Part shown: positions 1 through 10,418 of the stretch, piece after piece
Layout of the letters: each line of letters starts with the position of its first letter
Position numbering within the stretch: the stretch's first letter is position 1
NCBI GenBank assembly: GCA_018400295.1
Contig: JAGYMZ010000010.1
Location: forward strand, 4,579 to 68,578
Direction of reading: 5' to 3'
Length of the DNA stretch: 64,000 bases
DNA from: Bacteroidales bacterium
Lineage (GTDB): Bacteria; Bacteroidota; Bacteroidia; Bacteroidales; B18-G4
Made by a program: the position numbers and the translations under genes
The notes under the pieces: model-generated
Told to the model about the DNA's origin: nothing
Database searches by the model: none
Seen by the model: the letters and a program-made list of their open reading frames with translations, nothing else

Positions 1-1
1 G

Positions 2-1132
2 AACGGTGAACCAATTGACGTCACCAAATTCCAGGAGCTTGCCAATGAGGTCACAATCAATCAGGCAGCCATTACCAACTTGTCGGAATTTTCCCGGAAC
101 TATATTGACGCCATCTCTACAGGTTTTCATTATGCCTTTGGTGTGGCCGGAATAGCCATGCTAATATCCCTGGCCGTATATCTCGGATTCAAGAAATTCC
201 TGAGGGCAGGTGACCTGATCATCAAAAGCGATGATGATAAAAGCATTGATGAAGATACCCATGGAGCAACGGTGGTAAAGGAAATGAGCGGACCACAGGT
301 TCGCCAGCGTTTTATTGCCATGATCCTGGTAATGCTGGTGGTTATGTTCTTCTGGATGTCGTTCCACCAAAACGGACTGACCTTATCCCTGTTTGCCCGG
401 GATTATGTGGTCCGTGAAGTCGGGCCGCTCACCTACATGTTTTTCGACCTTAAATCGTTGCTGTCTTTCATAGCGGTAGTCATTGGTATTGTATTGGTCG
501 TTCAGAAATCTGCCAAAGCCATGAACCGCATGCTTGGCGGTGTGTTGATACTTGCCGGTGGCTTTCTGAGCTTTTATTTTTACTCTACTTACGGTACAGC
601 CAACCAGATCGAACCGGAAACATTCCAGCATTTCAACCCGATATTCATCGTGTTCCTGACCCCGGTGGTCGTAGGTTTCTTTGCCTGGCTTTATAAAAGG
701 GGCAAAGAACCATCCACACCCCGAAAGATCGGTATTGGTATGATCCTGGCAGCCGTTGGATTCCTGGTGATGGTCATCGGATCACGGAATCTGATCGCTC
801 CCAGTGAAATTGCCACGGCAGCAAGCTATGACAGGGTTTCACCTTACTTCCTGATCAATACATACCTTATTCTAACGATCGCAGAGCTCTTTTTGAGCCC
901 GATGGGCATATCTTTCTTTTCCAAGGTGGCCCCGCCAAAGTTCAAAGGACTTGCCCAGGGCATGTGGCTTGGCGCAACAGCCCTCGGAAACCTCCTGTTG
1001 TTCGTTGGGACCGAGCTTTGGGAAAGGGTGGAATTGTGGCAGGTATGGGCCGTATTTGTGACATGTTGTATCCTGTCCGCCATATTTATTTTCTCCATTA
1101 TGAAGAAATTGGAAAGAGCCACTTCCGATTAA
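2..1132 (+). CDS. POT/PTR2-family proton-dependent di/tripeptide transporter, C-terminal part (5' end lies outside the window)
   Basis: The reading frame is open from base 2 with no stop before 1132. The protein is multi-TM and carries PTR2-like blocks (FHQNGLTLSLFARDYV, LSPMGISFFSKVAPPKFKGLAQGMWL). The listed ORF start at 80 is only an internal TTG. Confidence 0.85.
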   Translation, partial: NGEPIDVTKFQELANEVTINQAAITNLSEFSRNYIDAISTGFHYAFGVAGIAMLISLAVYLGFKKFLRAGDLIIKSDDDKSIDEDTHGATVVKEMSGPQVRQRFIAMILVMLVVMFFWMSFHQNGLTLSLFARDYVVREVGPLTYMFFDLKSLLSFIAVVIGIVLVVQKSAKAMNRMLGGVLILAGGFLSFYFYSTYGTANQIEPETFQHFNPIFIVFLTPVVVGFFAWLYKRGKEPSTPRKIGIGMILAAVGFLVMVIGSRNLIAPSEIATAASYDRVSPYFLINTYLILTIAELFLSPMGISFFSKVAPPKFKGLAQGMWLGATALGNLLLFVGTELWERVELWQVWAVFVTCCILSAIFIFSIMKKLERATSD

Positions 1133-1157
1133 GCATACAAGGTCATTCCGCATAAAA

Positions 1158-1190
1158 GGGAGCGCTCCACAGGGGGCGCTCCCTTTTTTT
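1158..1190 (+). terminator. Rho-independent terminator after the POT transporter gene
   Basis: The GC-rich stem GGGAGCGC (1158-1165) pairs with GCGCTCCC (1176-1183) and is followed by T7 (1184-1190). It lies 26 nt after the stop codon. Confidence 0.75.
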
Positions 1191-1263
1191 CATCAGCATA
1201 CCGGACAGGTCAGAATTTCCCGGGATGCGGATAATCCCTTCCATAATTCGCTAACTTTGCACC

Positions 1264-2223
1264 ATGGAATTCGCATGGGGTCATAACCGGAGGTTCAACG
1301 CCTACGCCAATTATTTCCGGAAAGCATTCGGCGAACGCTATCAAAAATTAAGCGTCGATGCCGGATTCACCTGCCCTAACCGCGACGGTACATTGGCATC
1401 CGGTGGTTGCAGCTACTGTAACAATGATGCTTTCAATCCTTCGTATTGTTATCCCTCCAAGCCCGTCAAACAACAACTTGAGGAAGGAATGGAATTCCAT
1501 GCAAAAAGATACCGGAGGACCGGGAAATACCTCGCTTATTTTCAGGCATATTCCAACACCTATGCGCCCCTGAAGAAATTGAAAGAAATTTTCGGGGCAG
1601 CCCTGGATGTGCCATCGGTCAAAGGGTTGGTCATTGGCACCAGGCCGGATTGTGTGGATGAAGAGATGCTGGATTATGTTGCCGGATTGTCAAAAAACCA
1701 TTACATCATTATGGAATATGGGTTGGAATCCTGCTACAATAAAACCCTTGCAAGAATAAACCGCCAGCATACCTTTGAGCAAACGCAGGAAGCCATCCGG
1801 AGAACCAACAGAAAAAAGATACGGACCGGGGCGCATGTCATCTTTGGCCTGCCCGGGGAAACCCGTAAGGATATGATGGCTGAAGCATCCATCCTTTCAG
1901 GATTGCCTCTGGATACCATTAAATTCCATCAGCTTCAGATCCTGAAAAACACCCCGATGGCAAAAGAATACCTGATGAACCCGGATGATTTCAACTTTTT
2001 CACCAAAGATGAATACATCGACTTTATTGTGAAGTTTATCGAATACCTGAACCCGGAATTTGTCATCGAACGCTTTGCCGGGGAGGTCCCTCCCCGGTTC
2101 CTGGCCGGACCGGGCTGGGGACTGGTCAGAAATGACCAGCTCATAGCGGAAATCGAGAAAGAACTTGAGAAAAGAAATGCCTGGCAAGGTAAAAAAATTG
2201 GAAATTTGCCCCACAAACCATAA
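1264..2223 (+). CDS. Radical SAM protein, TIGR01212 (YhcC-like) family
   Basis: The N-terminus reads FTCPNRDGTLASGGCSYCNN, a Cys cluster typical of this family. Length is 319 aa. A TAACTTTG -7-like box sits just upstream at 1250-1257. Confidence 0.85.
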   Translation: MEFAWGHNRRFNAYANYFRKAFGERYQKLSVDAGFTCPNRDGTLASGGCSYCNNDAFNPSYCYPSKPVKQQLEEGMEFHAKRYRRTGKYLAYFQAYSNTYAPLKKLKEIFGAALDVPSVKGLVIGTRPDCVDEEMLDYVAGLSKNHYIIMEYGLESCYNKTLARINRQHTFEQTQEAIRRTNRKKIRTGAHVIFGLPGETRKDMMAEASILSGLPLDTIKFHQLQILKNTPMAKEYLMNPDDFNFFTKDEYIDFIVKFIEYLNPEFVIERFAGEVPPRFLAGPGWGLVRNDQLIAEIEKELEKRNAWQGKKIGNLPHKP

Positions 2224-2233
2224 ACAACCCACC

Positions 2234-4087
2234 ATGATCAACACATCCACCATACAATCATTCATTAAAGGGATAGAACTCTTTAAAGGCCTTGATAACA
2301 GGGAATATAAAACCGTTGCCCAACACTGCAAAACCAGGAACTTTGCACCGGGTTCCTTTCTCTTCGCGGAAAACGCCCCGAGGGAAGGGGTTTTTATTAT
2401 TTATGAGGGAAAGGTAGAACTATTTAAAACCTCCACCTACGGAGGGGAAACCAGGTTATCCCTGTTCGGACCCTATGATTTTATAGGTGAAGGAGCCCTG
2501 ACCGGAGATTCTCCCCATTCAACCTCTGCCCGGGCCATAAATAAAACAACGGTCTTTGCCCTCGATGAAGCATTTTTCAGGGAACATGGCCCTATTTCGG
2601 TTAAGATATTTTCCAACATAGCCAGGGTTATTTCCCGCAGGATGCGACAGGCCAATGCCCATATGGTTGCTTCGGCAGCCCAGTATGAATCCGGACAAAC
2701 ACGTTCTGAACACGATTTGCTGGGATACAGGCAGGTCCCCAATGAATTTTATTACGGCATTCAAACCTTGCGGGCCACGGAAAATTTTAACATCAGCGGG
2801 GTAACACTCAATTTTTATCCCTTGCTCATAAATTCTCTCGCCACGGTTAAAAAAGCCGCTGCACAAGCAAACCATGAACTCGGATTACTGGAAAGCGGCA
2901 TTACCAAAGCCATTGTACAAGCCTGCGATGAACTGACCAACGGAAGGTTTCATTTTCATTTTGTGGTGGATATGATCCAGGGAGGCGCAGGAACATCCAC
3001 CAATATGAATGCCAATGAGGTCATTGCAAACCGGGCCCTGGAAATACTGGGACATAAGAAGGGCGAATACGAATTCTGCCACCCCAACAATCATGTAAAC
3101 CTATCCCAATCAACCAATGATGCCTACCCTACTTCCGTGAAACTGGCCCTGTATAAAAGCAATGAAACACTGATCCAGGTGCTGCAACAATTGATCCAGT
3201 CCCTGAGAATGAGAGAAAAAGAATTCAGCCATATCATAAAAATGGGGCGGACCCAGCTCCAGGATGCCGTCCCCATGACCCTCGGGCATACCTTCGGATC
3301 TTTTGCCACATCACTGGAAGAAGAGATCCATCGCCTGAAAGATAACGCCCGTCTTTTTCTTTCCATAAACATGGGAGGTACGGCTATCGGGACCGGGATC
3401 AATGCGCATCCGAAATACAGCAACATTGTGGTAAAATATCTGAGGGAGATCACTGGACTGGACATACAGATTGCGCCAAACCTGGTGGAAGCCACACAGG
3501 ATACAGGCAGTTTTGTTATGTATTCATCGGCCATTAAAAGCCTCGCCATTAAGCTGTCAAAAATTTCCAACGATCTCCGGCTGTTATCCTCCGGACCGCG
3601 TGCCGGAATCAATGAGATCAACCTGCCACCCATGCAACCGGGTTCATCAATCATGCCCGGGAAAGTGAACCCGGTGATCCCTGAGGTGGTCAATCAAATT
3701 GCCTTCAAGGTTATTGGGAACGACATGACCGTTGGACTGGCTTCAGAAGCAGGTCAGCTGGAACTCAATGTCATGGAACCCGTTATTGTCCAAAGCTTGT
3801 TTGAATCCATTGAAATGCTGAAAAACGGCATGAATACCCTCCTGTTCCGGTGCATTAATTTTATCACAGCAAATGAGGACCATTGCAGGCAGATGGTTGA
3901 AAACAGCATCGGCCTGGTTACAGCGCTTAATCCATATATCGGATATGAAAATGCCACACGCATTGCCAAGGAAGCCCTGGAAAAAAACAAGAGGGTTTAC
4001 GACCTGGTACTGGAACAGGATCTTCTTTCAAAAAAAGAGCTGGACCAGATCCTGGATCCCCAAAACATGATCCGTCCAAAACAATAA
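2234..4087 (+). CDS. aspA: Aspartate ammonia-lyase with an N-terminal cyclic-nucleotide-binding-like (CAP_ED) domain
   Basis: ATG 2234 (MINTSTIQ) is in frame with the listed ORF. Residues 1-155 read as a CAP/PKA-type effector domain (FKGL, IYEGKVELF, FIGEGAL...SARA). The rest is a full-length aspartase (RSEHDLLGYRQVPNEFYYGIQTLRATENF, TNMNANEV, SQSTND, GSSIMPGKVNPVIPEVVNQ). Confidence 0.85.
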   Translation: MINTSTIQSFIKGIELFKGLDNREYKTVAQHCKTRNFAPGSFLFAENAPREGVFIIYEGKVELFKTSTYGGETRLSLFGPYDFIGEGALTGDSPHSTSARAINKTTVFALDEAFFREHGPISVKIFSNIARVISRRMRQANAHMVASAAQYESGQTRSEHDLLGYRQVPNEFYYGIQTLRATENFNISGVTLNFYPLLINSLATVKKAAAQANHELGLLESGITKAIVQACDELTNGRFHFHFVVDMIQGGAGTSTNMNANEVIANRALEILGHKKGEYEFCHPNNHVNLSQSTNDAYPTSVKLALYKSNETLIQVLQQLIQSLRMREKEFSHIIKMGRTQLQDAVPMTLGHTFGSFATSLEEEIHRLKDNARLFLSINMGGTAIGTGINAHPKYSNIVVKYLREITGLDIQIAPNLVEATQDTGSFVMYSSAIKSLAIKLSKISNDLRLLSSGPRAGINEINLPPMQPGSSIMPGKVNPVIPEVVNQIAFKVIGNDMTVGLASEAGQLELNVMEPVIVQSLFESIEMLKNGMNTLLFRCINFITANEDHCRQMVENSIGLVTALNPYIGYENATRIAKEALEKNKRVYDLVLEQDLLSKKELDQILDPQNMIRPKQ

Positions 4088-4097
4088 TGACACAGCC

Positions 4098-4793
4098 ATG
4101 AATCATTACAAGCATATATTTTTTGACCTGGACCGGACCATATGGGATTTTGAGACGAATTCGAATGAAAAATTCAGAAAGATCTATGACCACTACGATC
4201 TTTCATCAAAGGGGATCCCTTCCTGGGAGGAATTCCGCAAAAGGTTTGCAAACCACAATGAGATGCTGTGGGATCTTTACAGGCAGGGAAAGATCAAAAA
4301 AGAAAGACTCAGTATTCAGCGCTTTGATCTCACCCTGCAGGATTTCGGCATCCACGATCCCGGAATGGCTTCATCCATTGCCCATGAATATCTGACCATA
4401 CGGAACGAGGATGTTTACCTTTTTCCTGATGCCATTGATGTATTGGATTACCTTTACGAAAAATACGTCCTTCATCTCATTACCAACGGGTTTGAGGAAG
4501 TGCAGGTCAGGAAAGTGAATATATCCGGACTGGACAGGTTTTTTAAGACCTTTACCACCTCCGAGGAAGCAGGCGTTAAAAAGCCGGATCCCGGCATTTT
4601 TGTGTATGCCCTGAAAAAAGCAAATGCAGACCCTGCAGAGAGCATAATGATCGGGGATGACCTGGAAGTGGACATCCTGGGAGCCAAAGAAATACCAATG
4701 GACCAGGTATATTTCAATGACAAAGAAAAAACACACCATGAAAAGGTCAAATACGAGATCAGGGAGTTGCGGGAATTAAAAGAGATATTCTAG
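4098..4793 (+). CDS. HAD-IA family hydrolase (YjjG-like nucleotidase type)
   Basis: HAD motif I FFDLDRT is present. The motif III/IV region reads KKPDPGIF...IGDDLEVDILGA. Length is 231 aa. Confidence 0.8.
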   Translation: MNHYKHIFFDLDRTIWDFETNSNEKFRKIYDHYDLSSKGIPSWEEFRKRFANHNEMLWDLYRQGKIKKERLSIQRFDLTLQDFGIHDPGMASSIAHEYLTIRNEDVYLFPDAIDVLDYLYEKYVLHLITNGFEEVQVRKVNISGLDRFFKTFTTSEEAGVKKPDPGIFVYALKKANADPAESIMIGDDLEVDILGAKEIPMDQVYFNDKEKTHHEKVKYEIRELRELKEIF

Positions 4794-5449
4794 GAATATT
4801 CTGCAATAACATCATGGCAGGCACGCACACGCTGTCCCAGTTTGACCTTCACATCAGCATCACATGCAAAAAACAGATCAACCCTGGATCCAAATTTGAT
4901 CAGGCCAAGGTATTCTGCCTGGGCTACTGTGTCGCTTACCGCTTTTTCACAAAGGATCCGCCTGGCCATAATGCCGGCTATCTGCCGGATCATTGTGTAT
5001 TTCCCGCGATCGTCTTTTATTACTGTCGTGTACATTTCATTTTCAAGGGATGACTTGGGTTTGTATGCCGGATAATGCCTTCCCGGGTGATATTTTTGAT
5101 ACATGATCTTTCCCGAAACGGGGGTCCAGTTAACATGAACATCCAATGGAAACATAAAAACCGATACCTGCGTCATTTCCTGCTGGAAATACTCTGTTTC
5201 CAGCACTTTTTCAATAGCAACCACCCTTCCGTCAGCGGCACTGTATATTTTTTGCGGATCCTGCGTTGCGGTTCTTCTGGGAAAACGGAAAAAAAACGTC
5301 ACCAATGCCATAAAAACGGTGCCGGCAGCATACAGGAACCAATGAACAACACTTTGCTCAGGAAAAAAAACATTCACCAGCCCCAGAATAAGCAATACCG
5401 TCACCAGCAACACCATGACCGGGATCAAACCTTTCTTATGAATACGCAT
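4790..5449 (-). CDS. psd: Phosphatidylserine decarboxylase proenzyme
   Basis: There is an N-terminal TM segment, and the C-terminal self-cleavage region reads LIKFGSRVDLF (the GS site). It sits in the usual synteny next to cdsA. Confidence 0.85.
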   Translation of the reverse strand: MRIHKKGLIPVMVLLVTVLLILGLVNVFFPEQSVVHWFLYAAGTVFMALVTFFFRFPRRTATQDPQKIYSAADGRVVAIEKVLETEYFQQEMTQVSVFMFPLDVHVNWTPVSGKIMYQKYHPGRHYPAYKPKSSLENEMYTTVIKDDRGKYTMIRQIAGIMARRILCEKAVSDTVAQAEYLGLIKFGSRVDLFFACDADVKVKLGQRVRACHDVIAEYS

Positions 5450-5450
5450 T

Positions 5451-6269
5451 TCAGTGTATTAAGCTTAAATATAACAAAACCGCCGGTGCCGAGAACAGGA
5501 CACCATCGAACCGGTCAAGCATACCGCCATGACCGGGAAAAATATTCCCGCTGTCCTTCACATTCGTATAACGCTTGATCATGGATTCGGACAAATCGCC
5601 CAGCGTCCCGAATACAATGATGATCAAAGCGATAACGATCCAGGAGAGGTACCACATATCGACCAGGTAGAAGGCAACCAAAACAGAAACACAGACCGCC
5701 ATTAAGCCACCAATGATTGTGCCTTCCCATGTCTTATGCGGGGAAATTGAGGGGAACAGGGAATGCCGGCCCGCCAGTCTCCCCCCCACATAAGCGCATA
5801 TATCATAGGTCCACTGGACCAGGAAAAAACCAGCCAGTATCCCGGGCTTGTATATATCCCGGGAAGGTTCATAATCGTAAAAGAAATTCAACAGGGCAAA
5901 AGGCACGGCCACATAAACAATCCCCAACAATGTAATAGCCACACCTTCCAGGGACACGTTCCCGTCTGTGAAAATGGCTATGACGAAAAGAAAAACAGGG
6001 ATGATAAGGTTCACCAGCAGGATGTTCTCATGAAAAACACCCATGGCATACAATCCTGTGCTAATGTATACAACTGCAGCGGCAAACAAACCAACGACTG
6101 AATACCCTGTTCTGATCTTAGCGCTCAGCACCCGGAAATACTCCCATAATCCCAAAATCGTAAAGGCCAGAAAAAGCAAGAAAAAAGGCACCGGACTATA
6201 GGCCATGGAACCCAATACCAAAATAACAAATACGGAACCGGTAACCGTTCTCTGAATCAAGTTTTTCAC
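5451..6269 (-). CDS. cdsA: Phosphatidate cytidylyltransferase
   Basis: A polytopic membrane protein with the CDS signature SMIKRYTNVKDSGNIFPGHGGMLDRFDG. Confidence 0.9.
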   Translation of the reverse strand: MKNLIQRTVTGSVFVILVLGSMAYSPVPFFLLFLAFTILGLWEYFRVLSAKIRTGYSVVGLFAAAVVYISTGLYAMGVFHENILLVNLIIPVFLFVIAIFTDGNVSLEGVAITLLGIVYVAVPFALLNFFYDYEPSRDIYKPGILAGFFLVQWTYDICAYVGGRLAGRHSLFPSISPHKTWEGTIIGGLMAVCVSVLVAFYLVDMWYLSWIVIALIIIVFGTLGDLSESMIKRYTNVKDSGNIFPGHGGMLDRFDGVLFSAPAVLLYLSLIH

Positions 6270-6307
6270 AACAAGTCATCCTTTCTTCGCACCCCGGACA
6301 TCATCGT

Positions 6308-6967
6308 CTAGGACTCAACCAAAAACAAAATAAGCTCTCCCGGGCCATGAGCACCCATAACCAGTGTCTTTTCTATGTCGGCCGTCCTGCTGGGGCCAGT
6401 AATAAAAGAAACCATTGAAGGGATTGCCCGTTGGTATTTTTGTTGAATGTTAATGAATGCATCTTTAATCTCCTGCACGATCTGAGAAGTGAACGCAAAA
6501 ACCAAATGTGTATCCGGATATACATGTGCCTTTCGTCCGGAACCCGTGCCCGAACTGACCATGACAGAACCAAACCTGGCTACGAGATATTCACAGCGTG
6601 TGATGGCGGCTGCAGATCCTTGCAGCCCTTTATCGCTGTAAGTATATGGTATTTTCAGATCTTTCAGCAGGGCTTGCAAGGTTTTATCCCGGCAATAAAC
6701 GGATTGCCAGGATCTTTCTTCCATCAAACCGATCAGCTTAACCTGGAATTCTTTTATGGATCCGCAATATACAAAAGACCCTCCGGTTTCCGTGAATGCC
6801 CGTGCAAAAGCAACATCCGGCGTGTCGACCAGGGGTTTGAGTACCGGGGCAGATAAATTAACATGTCTTGACGTATCTTTGGATATGCCCGCCAGGGCAT
6901 TTCTTATGCGGGCCAGGACTTTTTCCCTGGACAAACCATACATCATATAATTTTTTTGATCGGACAC
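6308..6967 (-). CDS. LUD-domain protein (LutC/YkgG-like)
   Basis: The C-terminal block GPSRTADIEKTLVMGAHGPGELILFLV is typical of the LUD/DUF162 family. Length is 219 aa. Confidence 0.7.
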   Translation of the reverse strand: MSDQKNYMMYGLSREKVLARIRNALAGISKDTSRHVNLSAPVLKPLVDTPDVAFARAFTETGGSFVYCGSIKEFQVKLIGLMEERSWQSVYCRDKTLQALLKDLKIPYTYSDKGLQGSAAAITRCEYLVARFGSVMVSSGTGSGRKAHVYPDTHLVFAFTSQIVQEIKDAFINIQQKYQRAIPSMVSFITGPSRTADIEKTLVMGAHGPGELILFLVES

Positions 6968-6999
6968 CCTGGTTATTTTAAGAACTGATCCCTTTTTAT

Positions 7000-9123
7000 T
7001 TATTCCTTAACCTTTTTCTCCTCCACATCCTTTTTATCTGCAGCGCTTGGTTTTTCTCCGGATTTCTTCACCGTGGTCCGGCGTTTTTTGGGAGCTGTAT
7101 CCTTACCGGCGACTTTAGTCCTGGCTTTGCGGGACTCCGCATCCGCTTTCTTTTTTACTTTTTTGCGATCGGTTTTATTGTCCACGGGCTCTTCTTCATA
7201 GGGCCTTTTGCCATATATTTCCTCGAGGTCTTCGCTAAAGATCACTTCTTTTTCAAGCAATCGGTGGGCCAATTTTTCCAGTTTTACCTTATGTTTCTGC
7301 AGTATGGTGACAGCCCGCTTGTATGCTTCCTCCACCAGCGTTTTCACTTCTATGTCAATAAGCTCTGCGGTCTTTTCACTGTATGGCTTTTGCAGGCTAT
7401 ACTCCTGTTGCCCGGTAGAATCATAGTAGCTGATGTTCCCTATCTTTTCATTCAGGCCGAAGTATACGATCATATTATACGCCTGCTTGGTCACCTTTTC
7501 GAGGTCATTCAAAGCGCCGGTGGAAACTTTCCCGAAGACCACCTTTTCCGAAGCCCTGCCCCCCAGGGCCGCCGTCATCTCATCAAACATTTGCTCCTTA
7601 TTTGTAATTTGCCGTTCCTCAGGGAGATACCAGGCAGCACCCAGCGCTTTACCCCTCGGGATAATGGTCACCTTGACCAGGGGATGGGCATGTTCCAGCA
7701 ACCAGCTTATGGAAGCATGTCCGGCTTCATGAAAAGCAATAACGCGTTTTTCCCTGGGAGATATGATCTTATTCCTCTTTTCCAGTCCACCGATGATCCG
7801 GTCAATGGCATCCATGAAATCCTGCTTCCCAATGGCTTCTTTATCACGCCTGGCAGCAATCAGGGCAGCCTCATTACAAACATTGGCAATGTCGGCACCG
7901 GAAAATCCCGGTGTTTGCTTGGACAAAAATGCAACATCTACAGTATCGTCCACCCTCAGCGGACGCATGTGTACCTTGAAAATGGCTTTACGTTCCTCGA
8001 GATCCGGGAGCTCCACATGGATTTGCCGGTCGAAACGTCCTGCACGCATCAATGCACGGTCGAGGACATCGGCACGGTTTGTTGCGGCCAGAATGATCAC
8101 ACCCGTATTGCTGCTAAAGCCATCCATTTCTGTCAGAAGCTGATTCAGCGTGTTTTCCCGTTCATCGTTGGCACCCGTGATTTGATTCCTGCCCCTGGCA
8201 CGTCCAATCGCATCAATCTCATCAATGAATATGATGCACGGAGCTTTTTCCTTGGCTTGCTTGAAAAGGTCACGCACCCTGGAAGCCCCGACTCCGACAA
8301 ACATTTCCACAAAATCAGAACCGGATATGGAAAAGAACGGAACCTTGGCCTCTCCGGCCACGGCCTTGGCAAGCAAGGTCTTACCGGTCCCGGGAAGACC
8401 CACCAAAATTGCACCCTTGGGTATTTTGCCCCCAAGTTTGGTAAACCGGGCAGGACTTTTCAGGAAATCTACGATCTCTTTGACTTCCATCTTAGCCTCT
8501 TCCAATCCGGCAACATCCTTAAAGGTTACCGTAACATTGTTGGCTTTATCAAAAAGCTGGGCCTTTGATTTTCCAATATTGAAGAGTTGTCCTCCGGGGC
8601 CGCCCCCGCCCCTGCTCATCATCCGCATGATCAGTATCCAAACCCCAACAAGGACGGCAATTGGAATAAGCCATCCGAGTATCTCCCCCCCCCAGTTCCG
8701 GCGGTTTTCATTTTCCACATATACCGGATCCTCAACACCCTCCTGCGCCTCATCTATCTTATTATAAAAGACCTCAGGTGAACTAATTACATATTGATAT
8801 TGAGGTCCTCCCATACCCTGGCTCCTGACATCCTCATAGCGGGATCCGGACAATTTGTTCTCTTTGATGTATATCTCCGCATATTCCTTATTCACCAGAA
8901 CAATACGCTCAACGTCACCATTCATCAGCATCTGTCGCAACGCTCCCCAGGTGGTTTTCTCAGAAGTTCCTTCCGTGTTGAAAAAGTAAACCGAGAAAAA
9001 TATAAGCGCCAGGATGGCGTAAATCCAATAAAAATTGATTTTACCCTTCGGACTCTTCGGCTTTTCACTTCCTTTTCCTGCAGAATTGTTTGAATTATTG
9101 TGATTGGTTGTCTTATCTGCCAT
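7000..9123 (-). CDS. ftsH: ATP-dependent zinc metalloprotease FtsH
   Basis: Walker A GLPGTGKT, the SRH region, and the zinc motif HEAGHA are all present. There are two N-terminal TM segments and a Lys-rich C-terminal tail. Confidence 0.97.
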   Translation of the reverse strand: MADKTTNHNNSNNSAGKGSEKPKSPKGKINFYWIYAILALIFFSVYFFNTEGTSEKTTWGALRQMLMNGDVERIVLVNKEYAEIYIKENKLSGSRYEDVRSQGMGGPQYQYVISSPEVFYNKIDEAQEGVEDPVYVENENRRNWGGEILGWLIPIAVLVGVWILIMRMMSRGGGGPGGQLFNIGKSKAQLFDKANNVTVTFKDVAGLEEAKMEVKEIVDFLKSPARFTKLGGKIPKGAILVGLPGTGKTLLAKAVAGEAKVPFFSISGSDFVEMFVGVGASRVRDLFKQAKEKAPCIIFIDEIDAIGRARGRNQITGANDERENTLNQLLTEMDGFSSNTGVIILAATNRADVLDRALMRAGRFDRQIHVELPDLEERKAIFKVHMRPLRVDDTVDVAFLSKQTPGFSGADIANVCNEAALIAARRDKEAIGKQDFMDAIDRIIGGLEKRNKIISPREKRVIAFHEAGHASISWLLEHAHPLVKVTIIPRGKALGAAWYLPEERQITNKEQMFDEMTAALGGRASEKVVFGKVSTGALNDLEKVTKQAYNMIVYFGLNEKIGNISYYDSTGQQEYSLQKPYSEKTAELIDIEVKTLVEEAYKRAVTILQKHKVKLEKLAHRLLEKEVIFSEDLEEIYGKRPYEEEPVDNKTDRKKVKKKADAESRKARTKVAGKDTAPKKRRTTVKKSGEKPSAADKKDVEEKKVKE

Positions 9124-9145
9124 TATGTCTTATTTTCTCCATTCA

Positions 9146-9529
9146 TTAGTCTTTTTCGTACTTTTCGTCCATCCTCTCTACATCCGAGTCCCCCCACAGA
9201 TCTTCAAGCTTAAAGAACGCCCTTTTCTCCTCTTCAAAAACATGGACCACCACATCAATATAATCCAGCAAAATCCATTCCGCATTTTCAAATCCTTCCA
9301 CATGCAATGGTTTTTGCGCTTCATCCCGGCGAACCTTTTCCACAACAGAATCTGCAATAGCCCCCACCTGTGTCCTGGAAGTTCCATGGCAGATAACAAA
9401 AAATTCCGCTACAGCGTTTTCATTCTTTCCAATGTGAATGCAGACGATGTCTTTCCCCTTTTTGTCTTTTATCCCCTGGATCACAGTATCGGTTAATTTT
9501 CTGCTTTCTTCGTAAGTATTTATTATCAT
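9146..9529 (-). CDS. rsfS: Ribosome silencing factor RsfS
   Basis: A 127-aa protein with the RsfS-like blocks KKGKDIVCIHIG...FFVICHGTSRTQVGAIADSV...WILLDYIDVVVHVF. Confidence 0.85.
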   Translation of the reverse strand: MIINTYEESRKLTDTVIQGIKDKKGKDIVCIHIGKNENAVAEFFVICHGTSRTQVGAIADSVVEKVRRDEAQKPLHVEGFENAEWILLDYIDVVVHVFEEEKRAFFKLEDLWGDSDVERMDEKYEKD

Positions 9530-9659
9530 TCAATTGTTTAATGGGTTACAATGCAGCAAAATTAAGGAATTTTAGGCTCCTAATTCCATCACTGTTCAAA
9601 CGTTAAAATATTAACGTTATTTTTATATAATTGTTTAATGGCTCATTCGTTTGTACAAC

Positions 9660-10418
9660 ATGACTTTAAAACCCATAGGCAGCCAGGTCATTCATTTGGA
9701 TACCACCGATTCAACCAATATGTATGCTTCCCGGTTGCTTGGATCGGGGCAGGCCCGGCATGGGACCGTCGTTCGGACTGCCTACCAGGAAAAAGGCAGG
9801 GGACAGGATCAAAGTACCTGGTTCAGCGATCCCGGGAAAAACTTATTGTTCAGTGTTGTTCTATCTATTGAAACATTTCAGGCAGAAAAACAATTCATGA
9901 TCAATAAGATCATTTCCCTTGGTATAACCGATTACCTGACAGGCCTTTCTATGGATCCCGGATCCCATGTAAGCATCAAGTGGCCCAACGATGTCTACAT
10001 TGGCAATAAAAAAGCAGGAGGAATACTTATCCAGAACCAGATAAAAGGACAAACGGTCTCCTCCTCCATCATTGGCATCGGATTGAACATAAACCAGGAC
10101 ACCTTTCCGGATTCACTTCCCAACCCGGTATCCATTAAGCAGATCACGGGAAGATCCCATGACCTTGAAAAATCCTTCACAAGCCTGCTGGATCATCTGA
10201 ACGGAAGAATGAACCAATTCCTCAGGGGAAAAGAGGAAAGGATCCACCGGGGTTATCTCCGGCGCCTGTTCCAGGTTAACCAGCGCAAAAAATATAAGGT
10301 CCCGGGCAGACTGATCCAGGGGACCATAACCGGAGTGGATGAATTTGGCAGGCTGATCATCGTGGATGAACAGGGAAATACCTTGACCCTGAATATGAAA
10401 GAAGTAATATTTCTATGA
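9660..10418 (+). CDS. birA: Biotin--[acetyl-CoA-carboxylase] ligase (class I, no HTH domain)
   Basis: The motifs LDTTDSTN and GRGQDQSTWFSDPGKNL (a GRGRxxR-like motif) and KWPNDVY are present. ATG 9660 is preferred over the TTG at 9651. Confidence 0.85.
   Translation: MTLKPIGSQVIHLDTTDSTNMYASRLLGSGQARHGTVVRTAYQEKGRGQDQSTWFSDPGKNLLFSVVLSIETFQAEKQFMINKIISLGITDYLTGLSMDPGSHVSIKWPNDVYIGNKKAGGILIQNQIKGQTVSSSIIGIGLNINQDTFPDSLPNPVSIKQITGRSHDLEKSFTSLLDHLNGRMNQFLRGKEERIHRGYLRRLFQVNQRKKYKVPGRLIQGTITGVDEFGRLIIVDEQGNTLTLNMKEVIFL

Noticed and set aside
7000-7200. The Lys/Arg-rich ~70-aa C-terminal tail of FtsH.
   Set aside because: Low-complexity basic C-terminal extensions of FtsH are common and variable. 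Nothing suggests a separate function or a gene fusion.
7264-8568. Long ORFs antisense to well-supported genes. Examples are 7264-8568 (opposite ftsH), 13891-14475 and 15124-16008 (opposite secA), and 39301-39987 (opposite the GNAT and MOSC-Mog genes). Others are 42400-43017 (opposite the TPR gene), 49332-49889 (opposite ppk1), 51333-52322 (opposite glyA), 60043-60705 (opposite surA) and 62372-62914 (opposite the adaptor gene).
   Set aside because: Each lies entirely within a gene with clear family motifs on the other strand. Their translations are low-complexity or lack recognisable motifs. They are typical shadow ORFs, so I did not report them as features.
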